DNA from: Balanoglossus misakiensis
Taxonomy: Eukaryota > Animalia > Hemichordata
NCBI GenBank assembly: GCA_040954595.2
Contig: CM082581.2
Location: 5,634,699 to 5,698,698 of the forward strand
Reading direction: 5' to 3'
DNA length: 64,000 bases
Shown: piece by piece, positions 13,267 to 26,900 of the stretch
Layout of the letters: each line of letters begins with the position of its first letter
Position numbering within the stretch: the stretch's first letter is position 1
Translations under genes and position numbers: made by a program
Notes under the pieces: model-generated
The model's database searches: none
The model's input: the letters and a program-made list of their open reading frames with translations, nothing else
What the model was told of the DNA's origin: nothing

Positions 13267-16112
13267 ATGGCAACCAGTGATGCAGCAGAGCGAAGTCTTG
13301 GTGACCAGTTGACCCGAGCTACAAAGTTAGATGAGGGTGATAAAGACAGACTGATCGGTGCAGTAGAAGTCACGCAACTGTCAAATGAGTCTGCCGACGA
13401 AGATGATGGGGAGGAATTTTACGATGCTACGGATCAGCTAAATGAGGAAAATGATGAGAGTGTTAAAACTGATGAAACAGCGGTCGTGGACAAGGATCAT
13501 GGAAAAACTGATAGTAACGAGGAAACTGCAATGACACAAACGGATGAAACAAACGCTGCTATCGTTAATGAGATTGCTGCCAGTGCTCTTGGAGAAAAAA
13601 TTAACGAAAGCGATGATTTACAAAGCAGTAAAGATGAGAACACTGATAGAGTGACAGAGGAGCAAGTCAGTGAAGTGAAAGATTCGGAAGACTCACAAAA
13701 TGAGAGTGTCGGTGATAGAACTGAACATGAGGATGACAATCTCCATGGCGACAGTGATGAGTCGGGAAAGACAGATGAAAGAGACAATGATGACGAGCTG
13801 CCTGATCAGTACGAGGACGCATCAGACGAGAAAAGTAAACCCAAACCAACAACTCTAGAGGAAGATGAAGAACTTCTTAGGGAGTTGGAAGCGAACATGA
13901 CGGATGAAGAAAAAGAAGTAAGTAGACCACAAAATTCGTTAACATGCAAAATTGTTATGGAAAGGGGTGGGGGTGGGAGGGGCAATTTGAAATTTAACTT
14001 ATGCATCAGTTCTTTTGCAGTCAACCACTTCGTTGTCTAAATGGTCAATACGAATTTTCCTTTTTCAGGTCAGAAAACAAGAAGCTCAAGATTGGAAGAG
14101 CAAAGGCAATGAATTTTACAAGAATGAAGGTATTTATTTTGTTAACATTATAGTATATCCAATAGCAATGAATGACTTAAGTTTTTCTATATATAGATAT
14201 AGGTTCTAGATATAGGTTTTATCATTTAATTGATGACTGATTTGAGCATCAGTTCAATATAATTGTCTACTGTTAAACCAGACAAAATTGGGTATATTAC
14301 AATGGCAGTATCATCCTCCTATTTGGCAGGTAAACCAATGTAAGTTTGTGATACAAGATTTGGATATGACATTTTTTACCAGTGACAACAGCCAACATAA
14401 ACCGATTTCCAAAAGCTTTCATGATGTCATCATTCTGTTATTTTTCAATTGTCTCACACTACAAATGTCTTTTTGATATGTTTTATCTCTCAGAATATGG
14501 TGAAGCAATCGACGCATACGTCCAAGCATTGCAAATCTGTCCACTGTGTTATAAGAAAGAGAGAGCCATTATGTATTCGAACAGAGCTGCTTGTCATCTA
14601 AGACTGGTGAGTTATACTTTTCTGACCATACATGTACATATCCTACTTGTTCTGAAGAAATCAGTCTTGTTTTCAGGTTTTCCCCACAGTTATTGCATAG
14701 TGTACTCTAATAAATTTTGCATTCATCTACACAGTACCCTCACAGTCACTGTACACAGTTCTTCATTGATATCCATTCCCAATTCGGTTTATATCTATTG
14801 ACTGATCACATCACTGTCTGTCCACAAATTCTATTGATGAGATGAGATGATCTGTGTACATTGTGCTGAATTCTTCATATTTGCATCCTACAGGAAGAAA
14901 AAGATGAAGCTATCGTGGACTGTTCGAAAGGTAAATCAATTCTGATTATGTCCCCGTACAATCTCGTCTAGTATATATTTAATATGAAAAAAAGTACCGG
15001 GTAACAGGGGTTGACCTGGACTCAATATCTGTTATTTTCTTGACCTGCCCAGGGTAGTGTAGGAGTAGTGAGCCTGAAAGTAAGCTCTACCTACACACCC
15101 CAAAAATTGGCCCTGTGCCCCTGATTTTTTGCTGCATAATGCTAAATTTGAACACCTCGCACCACTCAAAATATTGGATAGAAGGTCATGTGTAGGGGTC
15201 TTGAACTCAGATTTAACTTCCATTTTGATTACCAGTCAATAACTTAGTTGTCTGGTACTGTAGACTGTCATTGTCCTAAAGAGAATTCCAAGTTTTTGGC
15301 CCGTTACAGGTAACATTGTGGCCCCCACCTTTCGCAAATTCTCATATCAGACAACTTCTTGTGTGCACTGCGAGTAAATCATTTCTTTCCTTCACAGCAA
15401 TTGAATTGCATCCGGTGTATATCAAGGCATTGCTCAGGAGAGCTCAGACGTACGAACAAGTAGAGAAGTTGGACGAAGCACTGGGCGACTACCAGAAAGT
15501 ACTGGAATTAGATCCAGCGTCACACGTGGCCAGACAAGCTTGCATGGTATGTTTGCCTTCCTCGATAACCAAGTACAGTAAAACCTTTGTAAACCAAACA
15601 CCAAAGGGACTGAAGAAAATTGTTCAGTTTGCGGAGGTGTCCAGTTCATAGAGGTTCTTCTGAGATGTGGTTCTATTGTCACTATGAGGGATGGGAAAAG
15701 GTGTTAAGATTAGACAGGGTTCTGTTTAGACAGGTTTTTACTGTATAATTCAACCACAGCCTATGGGACTTGACAGTAAATGTCATCATTTCAAACTAGA
15801 GCACATAGTCACATTTTTGGTTTGTCCAATTTTTCTTGCAGAAAAACAAAAACACACTGTTTCCACAGCTCTTACTCCAATCAAAAATCTTAATGAGCTC
15901 TGCTTTTTTGTTCATTTCAGAGACTTCCCGAAGAAATCAAAGAAAGGAATGAAAAACTGAAAGAAGAAATGATGGGCAAATTGAAAGACTTGGGGAACCT
16001 GATTCTCAGACCATTTGGACTGTCAACAAACAACTTCCAGCTTCAGCAGAATCCCGACACCGGGTCGTATTCAGTCAACTTTTCGCAAGGTTCTCAGAAC
16101 AATGGGAAATAG
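13267..16112 (+). CDS. TTC1: Tetratricopeptide repeat protein 1 (Hsp70/Hsp90 co-chaperone), 400 aa
   Basis: Exons 13267-13917, 14069-14129, 14494-14606, 14894-14930, 15398-15546, 15921-16112 in frame. Acidic N-terminus, three TPRs ([25 protein letters not shown]) and the diagnostic C-terminus [50 protein letters not shown]. Confidence 0.97.
15574..15745. mobile_element. Tc1/mariner-type MITE in last TTC1 intron
   Basis: TA-CAGTAAAACCTTTGTAAAC ... GTTTAGACAGGTTTTTACTG-TA: imperfect terminal inverted repeats with TA duplication, ~170 bp, non-coding. Confidence 0.7.
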
Positions 16113-17687
16113 TGTGTGCTCTACTTCGTCAAGAGACTTGAAATGTGGCAGTCCATCTTCATGCTTTGGATGTGAATAATGATCACCTGCAATTGTGAGA
16201 GATATGTTTTGAGGAGTTTGTGATGAACGATGAAATTTTCACGTCAATTCTGCAGCTTTATAGTGGTATCTATGAAAAGAGACTCACAAACATGCTTGCA
16301 AATGTAATGGAGCCCTCAAGCGGCCATGATTATGAATTACTAGAATGAAAAAAAATTTCTCTGATGTTTTCATACAAAACTTACGCAAGTACTGTTTTAA
16401 CACAATAATAGCGCCCTCAGTCGTCCATATTTGTAAAATGGTGCTCCCGTTTCTTCATTTTTCCCCAGATATACTGATTTTTCTGTAAATGGATTTTGTA
16501 AATTAAATTAAAGGGATGGGTGTTTGTCCTTTGCTATAGATGCCCTGTGTGGCAGTACATTTCTCATATTAAAATGGTGTGCTGTCAAATCGAATGAGCT
16601 TGTGAATTTCTGAGACTTGTGCAATGTTAATATTATGAGATTGTCATGTGCGTTTCGCACTATTAAACACAACATACAATAGATGATGTTCATGGCAGGT
16701 TTTTGTTCAGTGTTCTGAGTCAAAGTACTTGGGTTGATTGCCGAATATTGAATTTCACTGTGCGATAGCCTCAGTAGTGTTTATTTACAGGTATTGTTTA
16801 GGGGGAGGGGGTAGGTAGGAGAAATGATGAGAATGTCTTTAATCTTTGTTGTTACTACCGGTAGTTGTGTGCTATCATGGAACATACCCATGGCCCAGTA
16901 CATGTATTAAGCTAACATCTGGAATATTACAGAATGCATTCCATAATGGTGGATGGAAGCAACAGTACCACAGTAGCTTCATAAGAAATATAGCAGGATT
17001 ATTAACAAAGGATAAGGATACAGCACCTGATCATCTCTGCCGCCAGAAATCAATAAAACCATGCGGATTATTCATTTCCTTGGGTTGTCTCTAAATTATC
17101 GATTTGAATTTACTGTCTGTATACTGTTTCCTTCTGGCCAGATTTTAAAGGCTCCCTCGACTGGCTGGTTTTTCACGAACTTTACTCTTTCTGTGAATGT
17201 CACAGGAAATGTCATTGGGCTGAAACAACTCTTTTGCTTTTGGCCTAATCTCAGATAATTATTGAATATCGAGCTATCTGTGATGTATACAGTGGGTTGT
17301 AAAAAGCACTGTTTTTTTTTTGGTACATCAATGAAATTAAAAAAAATGAGTGATTCATGTGACACAAAATGAATAACTTTTATGTCACATCCCAAAATAT
17401 TCATTGACATGCAAAATATTGAATTATGTAATCCCATTGTCTGGCAATGTAACACTGTACTGATCATATGCACATATTATGCAAATATGTGCTCAGTTCT
17501 CAGGAAATGCCTTTCTCAAGAGGTGTTTTCCACAAACTCACAAGACAGGTGTTTAATCATTGTAGATCAACACACACATAATAGGGATTACATTATCACC
17601 CATTAGAGCAAGGAACCAACGACAGCTTGTAAATCACATTAAAAATTAACATCGGAATTGGCAAAATGCCAGTAAGACTCCTAGAAC

Positions 17688-17930
17688 CCTTTTCTCACGT
17701 GCCGTCAACGCCGCCCCAGCGGCGGCGCTAGGGCGGCGTTAATTTGTAAGTGCCACGTGTGAAAAGGTGAGAGCGGCCCTGCGCCGCTCTTTTTTTGTGA
17801 CGGTGTTGAGGGGTGGGACCTGGGTCGGGGCGCCGCACTAAACAGCGATTCAAATCACGTGTGAACAGAAACACCGCACTAAACGCCGATCTAAACGCAC
17901 TCTTCCGACGCGGTTTGAGGGGATACAAGT
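17688..17930. mobile_element. GC-rich foldback element (MITE-like or structured RNA)
   Basis: Nested inverted repeats CCTTTTCTCACGTG (17688) / CACGTGTGAAAAGG (17754) and AACGCCGCCCCAGCG / CGCTAGGGCGGCGTT; sharp GC contrast with flanks. Confidence 0.5.
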
Positions 17931-19571
17931 GGCAGTTTCTAATGAGCTTGCATGTAAAATTACCCCTCTGAAAAGAGCGATGTTTAGCACCTTGGGTCCT
18001 TGCTTAGTCAACGGTCAATTTGCCTTGTTGCTGATGGTCATCAGTAAAATGAGGAGCCCCAAAACCTACAGGCAAAGCCTTGAGGTAGTCGGAACTTACT
18101 GCAGCTGGGGCTCTGCTGAAAAAATTGAGACGCCCAGTGGAAGTGGTAGTGAAACTTGTAGCAAAGTTCACGGTGATAATTGCTAGGCAACTAGGTCTTG
18201 CCATTGTCTGGCTAAAAATACATCCCTGTGCGTGAATAAATTAAAAACGTCTTTGTCCCAAGGGACCAACTCAAAGCCACATCCTGGTATGCTTTTACTA
18301 CTAGCATGGAGTCATGCTACTAGTATATTACGCACTGGTTTCAAAGCTGTAAGACTCACAGGCGGTACCGTAGAAGCGCTTATACTTATAGGATGACTGT
18401 ACAAAAACTGGAAAAGTGTGGATTTTCTCGGATCTTCCATTTATTTGATGTGGAACAACAAATGGGACAAGTGGCGAAATGTGTCCTTGATTTTCAATCG
18501 CACCATGAAGCCTATTTGAACCTAATTTGCATAAATGTCCGAGTGCGGTGATCCCGTCCCTTTTATACACATGTGAATGCAAAACTATTTGAGTCGCTGA
18601 TAAGAAATGTTTACCAACTTTTATAATCCAAAAAAGGGCGCCCTAATCATTGCACGTGTGCAAGCGACTCTAATGATTTTCCTGTTTGTGTAAACATGAA
18701 TAGTTACATCACCACTGAACTATTTTCTGAAATTTAATAAAGGTAATATTTTGCCAGGGTTCTATGTAACAAATATTCGTGAATGTTGTTTTTTCCATCT
18801 ACATGTATTTTGCTGCTTACAACTGGTTTTGATTTTTTTATTGATCTTCAGGCTAAACTCACAGTCTGTTCACTAATATGAAAGTTCTGATTAATCTTTC
18901 CGGTAAATTTTCAATGAGAAAAAACAGTGCAGATTATCTTGAACTCTAGTAGAGTGAAACAGCTGGAGCCATAAACACTGGAGAAAAAATTGGGATATCT
19001 CTGATTGAGCCTGTGGCTGTGAAAACTGCAGCCATAAAACTGTATTTGGGGTCATAGTTGTCTTATGGAAGGGAAATTAAACAGGGCATTCTACACACAC
19101 GTACACATGGTTTATATTGTGTTCAGCTCACTGTGTATGTGCAAAGGTGTATGACAGAGGAAACGAACATAGGTTTTGTTTTCTTGATATTTCATCCGTT
19201 AAAAGATGATTTAATGTAAAACATTCAAAGGTCTCCAACAATAACAAGGAGTAAAATCAACTAATAACAGTAGAGTAATGCAGTAAGTCCTATACTGACC
19301 TCATGTGTCCACCACCCCATTGCTATCACATCATGGCAACCGCACCCCAACCCATCCCCCGCTGCATACTCCCCCCTCACCCTCCCTGCTTTGATTGCCA
19401 ACACCACGTTAGGACTTACACCAGCAGAGACTTGGAAAAGTGCATGGACCAAGTGGCTTGTGAGAATGCCAAGCTACAGTAATCGCAGAAAATGTCTTAC
19501 TAGTAAAGTATGTACATGTTTTCATTTGCAATATCTAGAAGTACATTTGTGCAGGCTATACAGCGACTTCA

Positions 19572-19720
19572 TTAACCTTTCGTACCCGGCTGGAAGAAAA
19601 CTTCCAAATGACACAGGTCGACAGCGGAGGGTCAGGGTTTTACGGGGTTTAAACCTTCGCACTCCGGTGACCACTGAAATTCAGACTACTTCTTCTCAGT
19701 CAGGGTTCGAAGGTTATTAA
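19572..19720. mobile_element. TTAA-flanked palindromic MITE-like element
   Basis: TTAACCTTTCGTACCCGGCTGGAAGAA ... TTCTTCTCAGTCAGGGTTCGAAGGTTATTAA with internal imperfect symmetry. Confidence 0.5.
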
Positions 19721-20504
19721 GCATATACATACAGTGTGTGAAGGCTATGGAAGTTGAATGCACTGGGAAAGCTCTAAGTACATAGAAGCCAAGACAAGTA
19801 TACCATGCATTGACAGGAGAGCAGCATTTTCAACGAGCTTGGAAATGTCTTGGGTCAAAAAAATCCAGAACACTGAGCACTACACGATAAAACATGACAG
19901 AACTTAGTAAAATGATCTCCATCTCGTTTTTATATTGAGGTAGTCCTTCTATAAGAAAGACCGTTATAGCAAAGTAAAAAGAACAACTTTATATTGGGAG
20001 TATCTGAGGAGCTTCTTTCAGTGAGTTTTAATACTATTTATCGAGTTTGTAAGAGAAGATGGGAAGATTAGGGTTGGAAATGTACAATATGGTCACACAG
20101 TACTTATCAGCTGACTCTGTTATTTGGTTCATTTTGGAACAGGCTGCTGTTTTCATAACATATAGTGGACCATGAGTCTACTTCGGCTAATGAATAAAAT
20201 GGGTTGAGCCTGTGTGTGTATTTGTACATTTCAAATAATGAAACATAAAACTATACATTGCAAAATTCAAAAATATAATTCACATCAAATCTGGGTAACA
20301 ATGTCCAGATAAAACAGCGAACATTCAGATGAATTCCTCACAACGTGAATACATGAGAAGAGAGACGAGGTATTGGATGTTATATGTGACTTAAATTAAA
20401 ACTGGAAACTACTTATCATTGTAATTTGTTGCTTTGGAAACAGATTAACTGGTTTATCTGCAATGCGTCTGAATGATGGTGAAAACTGCCTTAATTTAAT
20501 CTGC

Positions 20505-20762
20505 AACCCAACAGTCAGGAGATCCATTGAAGCCATTTATTCTTTGGTTGCGCAATTATGAAAAAGACTTCACACGAGTATGCAAACAGTGCTGCCAAAT
20601 ACAAAACTTTCTGTGGGTGCAATCGCCATGGTGATCAACGGTAAATGTATCGCCATGGTTACCAGTGTTTACGTTCAAATCGGTGGAGAAAACTCTTAAC
20701 AAGCCACTGATTGCACTGAAGTCAGATTTTAGCTTTCATGTCTACTACCTGACTGTTGGGTT
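20505..20762. repeat. Foldback element with perfect 15-bp inverted termini
   Basis: AACCCAACAGTCAGG (20505-20519) / CCTGACTGTTGGGTT (20748-20762); weaker symmetry continues inward. Confidence 0.6.
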
Positions 20763-20846
20763 TGCGATTGATGCCATGTTGCTATGGCGATACAATGTTC
20801 TCCCTGCCACCATATTGGAATGAATGAAAGCCGACAATAGCAGAGA

Positions 20847-20942
20847 TTAAATGCACTAAAACCACTATGGTCCAGTCCAAATCCATTCTGTGGTTACATG
20901 AAGGTTGGACCTCTAAAAAAGGAACTGGGGGTGAAAGGGTTA
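20847..20942. mobile_element. ~90-bp TTAA MITE, inverted diverged copy of the element at 29194
   Basis: Shares CAGTCCAAA.CCATT, GGTTGGACCTCTAAAA and GGAA.TGGGG.TGAAAG.GTTA with the reverse complement of 29194-29285. Confidence 0.7.
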
Positions 20943-23900
20943 CGTTACGATCACTGTATGACCTACGACAGAATCATACAGGATTCATTTCACAGACAAA
21001 AACTTAGACGAGCAAAAACAGTAAAAGAAAAAGTCAGCAGCTGACTTGACAAGCACATTGTATTTTAAAATGTACTTTAGCCAACATAATATTCTAAAAC
21101 TTCACATGCACTTCCATTCTAGAAGCCTGTAAAAAGATTTGAACATTTCAAAAAAGTTAAAATAAAAAATTGCTACAAAATTAATAGCAATAGATGGTCA
21201 ACTTCACCACAAGAGGGAGAACTAACACTTTACACTACAGAACAACCCAAAAAAAAAGTTTTAAGACAAATGCCTACATAAACTGCACTACACTTACAAT
21301 GAATGATCGAAAATCTTGGAACTGTAGGAAGAAATTTTCTGAATTATTTGTATCAAAAATACTTGGGGGGAAAAAAATCAAAAAAAGATTTACTTGAGGT
21401 TTTTTATACATGTAACTATATACAAGCTGAGAGAGTTAATGAGTGGATTTCAAATGCATCATGACAACGCACTGCTACAATATACATACATACTGGCAGT
21501 GTGTTTGGGGTTCTACCAAATTTGTCGTACGGAAAAACCATGCATTGTTCACACAATCTTGGTCAAGCCGAAGCATTTGTGAATTTGAAGAGTCATGATT
21601 GGATGCTACCAGGTTTTTGAGGTTGTAAATAAAAAATACACACTATTTTTGAAATCTGACTCATAAAAATGACAAACGGTATCTGCTTGTAAGCAGGGCC
21701 CGTGCGTACTTCACCGAGTTACACGCAGGATAAAACTCATGAAATCATGAAATCACCAACAAAATATAATTTTTATCATTGTTGGTATACAAAGACAAAC
21801 ATCTGCTTTAAGAATTACCAATGCCCTGAAAAAAGGCGCTTCACAGATTTTGTCACTTTCACTGATATCATTAACTGACCTCGCTTGTCCGTGACAAAAT
21901 CTGATGCATCGCCACAGACCACTCCACTGCTTATTTCAAAGCGCCTTGTTTGGATTCGCGAGACAGCCCAATATGTTCGGCAAATGAGACATTTTCGCGT
22001 CACCGTGGCAACTTTTCACTCGGCTGTGTCTCATCAAGGGTGGTGGGACTCTACTTCACAAGATGGAGTTTTCCCTTTGGTTTCAAATTACACTGAAATA
22101 TTGTCTGTTTGTATTGATACATTTCAGTGACATCGTCTCTCACACCTATCCATTGCATCTCTCATCTGCCAATCATCTCTTACCATAATTCTTATGATAA
22201 TTCCTCATTTTTACCCGTTTCAAACCCACAGGTGAAACACCTGTATTGATTACAGCAAATTGCAATCCCAACTTGTGCCTTCAAAAAGAGCAGAGCTGGG
22301 TACAGCCACTTGTGATCTTGTGAAAAGCACAGGATTTAACCACAGTTGTTGTGATTTCGCATCAAAATCGCTGTAAAAATGGATATTTGCGACAAAATAT
22401 AGGGAATTTTAGACACCATCTCTTCTATAGACATCCTCTGATGCAAACAAAATTTGGATTGCTCCTCCATTTCAAAAAATGCACGAGTGTCACTTTTGAG
22501 GAGATACAAGTATTTGCAAGACCTGATTCTTTCAGAAATGCTTCAGTCTACAAATTTTATTCCACGATTGACAGACATCGGCCTTCTGAGCAGATGGGTG
22601 TGTTAACATGTAGTGGTCCCAGACATTCAAAGCCAGAAAACCTTGTGCATTGTGGTTCCTGGCTTCGTCCTTGATGCTCTTCAAAGTTCCAGGGACAGTC
22701 CTTGCTAAATAATTGACTTGTGGTAGGAAAAAAACCCTTGATGATACAGAGTGGTGGCTTGCTCTGACTGGTTGCCATGGATACCCACATAAACATCTGC
22801 AAACAAAAAAGAGAAAGCAGTCTGTGTCAGACATAGGTATTCAAAACAGGGAGATGCAATATTAGAAAGCAATATCAAAATGCACTGTTGAACAAGAAGT
22901 CCACAATAAAATGTGGACACAAAACACGGTACAAATGAAAATTGACTGTCTAGCAAATGAAAGTGTACAGAATTTTTCTCACAACAGGCTGTACCAGGAA
23001 CTCAAACAAATAACACAAACAAAACCATGCAAGTCGTAAACAAGCACAGAAATGGACGCATTACGATTCAGTGCGAATGACCACCACATGGCTATATTGA
23101 TATCTTTTGTCCACAGAATACTACCCTGGTCAGAAGTGTCCCCTTATCGATAGCATATGGCTGTGACGTTTAGTAAGTACACAAAAAGAATGATTGTGGG
23201 TTTTATGCATCATGAATATCCTATGATGTCAGTCTCCATTAACCTTTACACATAGAGAAAATGGACACTGCTCAGCCTTGGGGTGTCTGTTATGTGATCG
23301 CATGTAATGTCCAATTGAACAATAACTGACCCAGTGACCTCTGACATGCCGACATTCATCAATGCTGAGGAGCCATTTTGCACTTTGCTCCAACTTCCAG
23401 ACGTACGACTATTGATTTCCTCGGTTAAAATAATGTCTGTATTCTAAACGTATGGTGGAAATGCATGGTATATAAAAACTCAAATGACCAATTTCTACAT
23501 TTTTCAGAACCAACTACATGTATTATGACGTAAATTTCATGCGGACGGGCAATGAGTCCTCTAACAAAGTAACATACATTTTTACAAGCTTTGAGTCAAT
23601 TTGAGGATTTCGAAAAATTTCTCTATGTCAGCCCATTACCTCTGCATGGAGTGTTGATAATTTTCTTGAGTCACCAGTGACATGTTAACTTGAACACATA
23701 TGACTAGATACATGAACATATACTAGACTACAGTAAGAAGTACATGTATTGTTCCCAGACCGCACGAAGTGGATGAAGGAAAACGGCAGAACGTTTCTGA
23801 GCCTTATCAAGCAATGGTTCAAATCTGCATCTACACTGTATGTCAGACTTTTTGCCACAACAGAGGGAGTCGCTATTTTCCAGGACAAATTTGGTATCGG

Positions 23901-26900
23901 ACACACACATGGTCATTTCTGCCACCTGTCAGTGTCAGACGTGTGTACCTGGTTGCATGTACAGAGGTTTTTTTTTTCTTTTTTGGGAATAGATGACCTG
24001 CGGTGTTTTCAACCCTAGCTGTTACAGCAAAAGGGGCCCTCATCTGGGTGGTATTCTCTCTCTCTCTCTCATATTCTCAATATGGCGCACACAGAATGTA
24101 TTGCCAGATGTTTTGCATTACGAGACTGCGTAAGAGTAATCCTGTGTCTGTCTCCACTGCAGTATATCCGAGCTACGACTAACAACCAGATTTTTCCAAT
24201 GCCAACCCTGTGACTGAAAAAAACTCTGGCATTTTTCATATGTAACCTCCAAAATCAACAATGCATAGCTTTGTCGATGATCAAGATACCGTGTAACATA
24301 CACCCTGGAGAGTCTGAAAATATGAATTACATGTACTCGTAAGTCGTGTGTGCGAGACAGACGGTATCAAATGAACTGATGAAAACCAGAAGTGTACAAA
24401 ATACATATTTCGTCCAGTATATGAGTGACATTTGAGAATCAAAGTCAAACTGGCCAGGTCTCTTGCACATTAACCTTTTCATAAAATGATAATAACTTGA
24501 GACTGCAAGTTTCTATAATCTAGAAATGCCCTATTCTGCTCCATGCCCAGAAACATGACTGTCATATCACTGAAATGAGACAACATATACATGTAGATAT
24601 GATAAATTGTGATGTGTACATGTATATAATTCATACACCAATCAAGGCGACAGGCAACCAAAGCCAATACAAAGAGCATGCACAGCCTATCACTAAGCTG
24701 CAAACACTCCTTGTAGCAAAATTTAAGAATTATTTCACTTTTCTTCCATTTCCTAAATTCTCATGAGAACAACAACTTCTGTTATTTTTTTTATCAGATT
24801 TGTCTTATCGCAGTGATCATAATGGGAAGCGATGACAGCTAATGGTATAGCAACCAAAGATAACCATATAGCCGCCCACATCTCATGTACATATTTTCCC
24901 CCCATTTAATAGTCATTTTCATGCACTGACATATGGTTGAACGCGAAATCATCGCAGTGTTTTTAATCGCCCACAGCACTTCATAAGACACTCTACATAC
25001 TTGCATTTATGTTTCTTAGGTTCCCGGTCTCCAGACAGATGGATTTTTCGGTGTATTCTGAATGACTCATTTTCAGTCAGGAAATTGGTTTATCTGAAGA
25101 CAACCGCGCCGCACATTAGACAGCTCTCTCTAATCTCCCTTCCCCCGCAAGTCTAAGTAATTTGTTCAATTTTTCACCGAAAATCAGATGTTCTTTAGGG
25201 AATATTACTAAACTTTTTTTTCCTCTCTCTCTCTAAATAAGCGGAGTTGGGTTGAGTGCATCGGGCTCCGCAGGGGAATTTCCAACAAGCAGATTAATTG
25301 TGGCTGTACCCAGCAGCAAACAGCATGCACACACACAAATTCATCCTCGGTATAAAGTTAACACATTGGGTATGTCTGTGTGTTGTGTGTGTGTGTGTGT
25401 GCAAATAAGCAGTCATCCGTTGCACCATCTTTGACAGAATCCAGAGAATGTTATTACCTGTCAAGTTATCCACAGCACAGATGATGAGTCATAATCTTTG
25501 AAATGAACTGCTAGGTGACAAAGAAACACGTACACAGAGAAAACACACAGAAATAAAATACCAAACATAGCAATAATTTACAGAAACTGCTCTGAATCTT
25601 TTTTATACACCCTTTGACTTGGCTACCAGTTTTGTCACTTGGACAAGTAGACAACCAGAGATGGTCATGTCACAGTCTCTACGTGCAGAGGGACCATGGT
25701 CTTGTACATGTATCATGGAAAATTCCTTCTTCCAGACAACCTCACTGAGTTCTACTATCGAACACCAGCCACACAGATCATGTGTTTTTGTCCTGAAGAA
25801 AACAAACATCTGATTGTATGTGTATAACAACATTCCTTGTGCAGTTGTAGACTTTGGTGTGCCAAACTAATACCACTACTTCAGTGTGAGTAAGTCTACA
25901 CACCAGGACGTTGAACCCTGCTAAGTTTCCCTTTTTGTTATTCCTGCGCACTGACTTTGCTATTTTGACATCACCGTTCTTTGTTTTGTGAACACAAACA
26001 CAGCAGTAGACAATATGGAAGAAAAGATTGGAAAATTGCAAAATGTTGTGTAGAGTGATATGACTGGAGGTTGGGCAGCAGACACACACACGTAACTCAA
26101 CAGCTGAGAGGTTACGTGTATGGCCTTGACATTTCATCCGGAGTTTAAATCCGTGACTCAGCAACATCTGAGGCGATTTCCTGAATGTGAAGAATGGGAA
26201 GACATTCACTTCGTATTATATCCATCCCTTCTTTCCTGTCAGTGCTGGTTGGCACATGCAAGACAAACTTACTTGCCACGATTAAACGCCAGTGTTACAT
26301 AATTAAACACCCCCATAACAATGTACACATAAAAATCACAGGAATGCTGCACAGTACAATGATTAGATCCATTGTTTCTTCATGTCATGCGATCATGTGG
26401 AATCGGTCACGCCGAAACTGTGTCACTTCTTTCTGGTAGTAAATGTCAAATCGGTTTAATAATGTACTACATCATCAGCACATCACATTAGTTATTCTGA
26501 GCTGACTCTGGTCCAGCGCAAATTGTCCAAGTGTGAACCAACCTTGCTTCAGTTGCTGAAAGAGATAGGCTGTAAATTCTTTCATTAGGGTGTCGCAATT
26601 AACAGTCTAGTAGTATCAGCTTCCACCCACTGAAATTTAATAAACAGTGGGCCAGAAAAATTCTTTGTATTCACATTTTCATTTCTAATTGTCAGTAGTA
26701 TGCCATCCTGATTTGTACAAGCGGTTCTAAAAAACTGAAGAGACCAGTGATTCAATTTTAAGACGCAGGAGTCTGAAAGTTGTTTTCTATCAGAATTGAA
26801 ACTCGGATAGCTTTCTATCTAATAACCACAGGGCTGAGAGATTGATTACTACAAGTTCTCGGAAATTACTGCGTACCTTTAAGGTTTCACTATCAGTAAA

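Noticed and set aside
24852-24868. miR-9-like GTTATCTTTGGTT on the minus strand
   Set aside because: Diverges after the seed region; no precursor hairpin.
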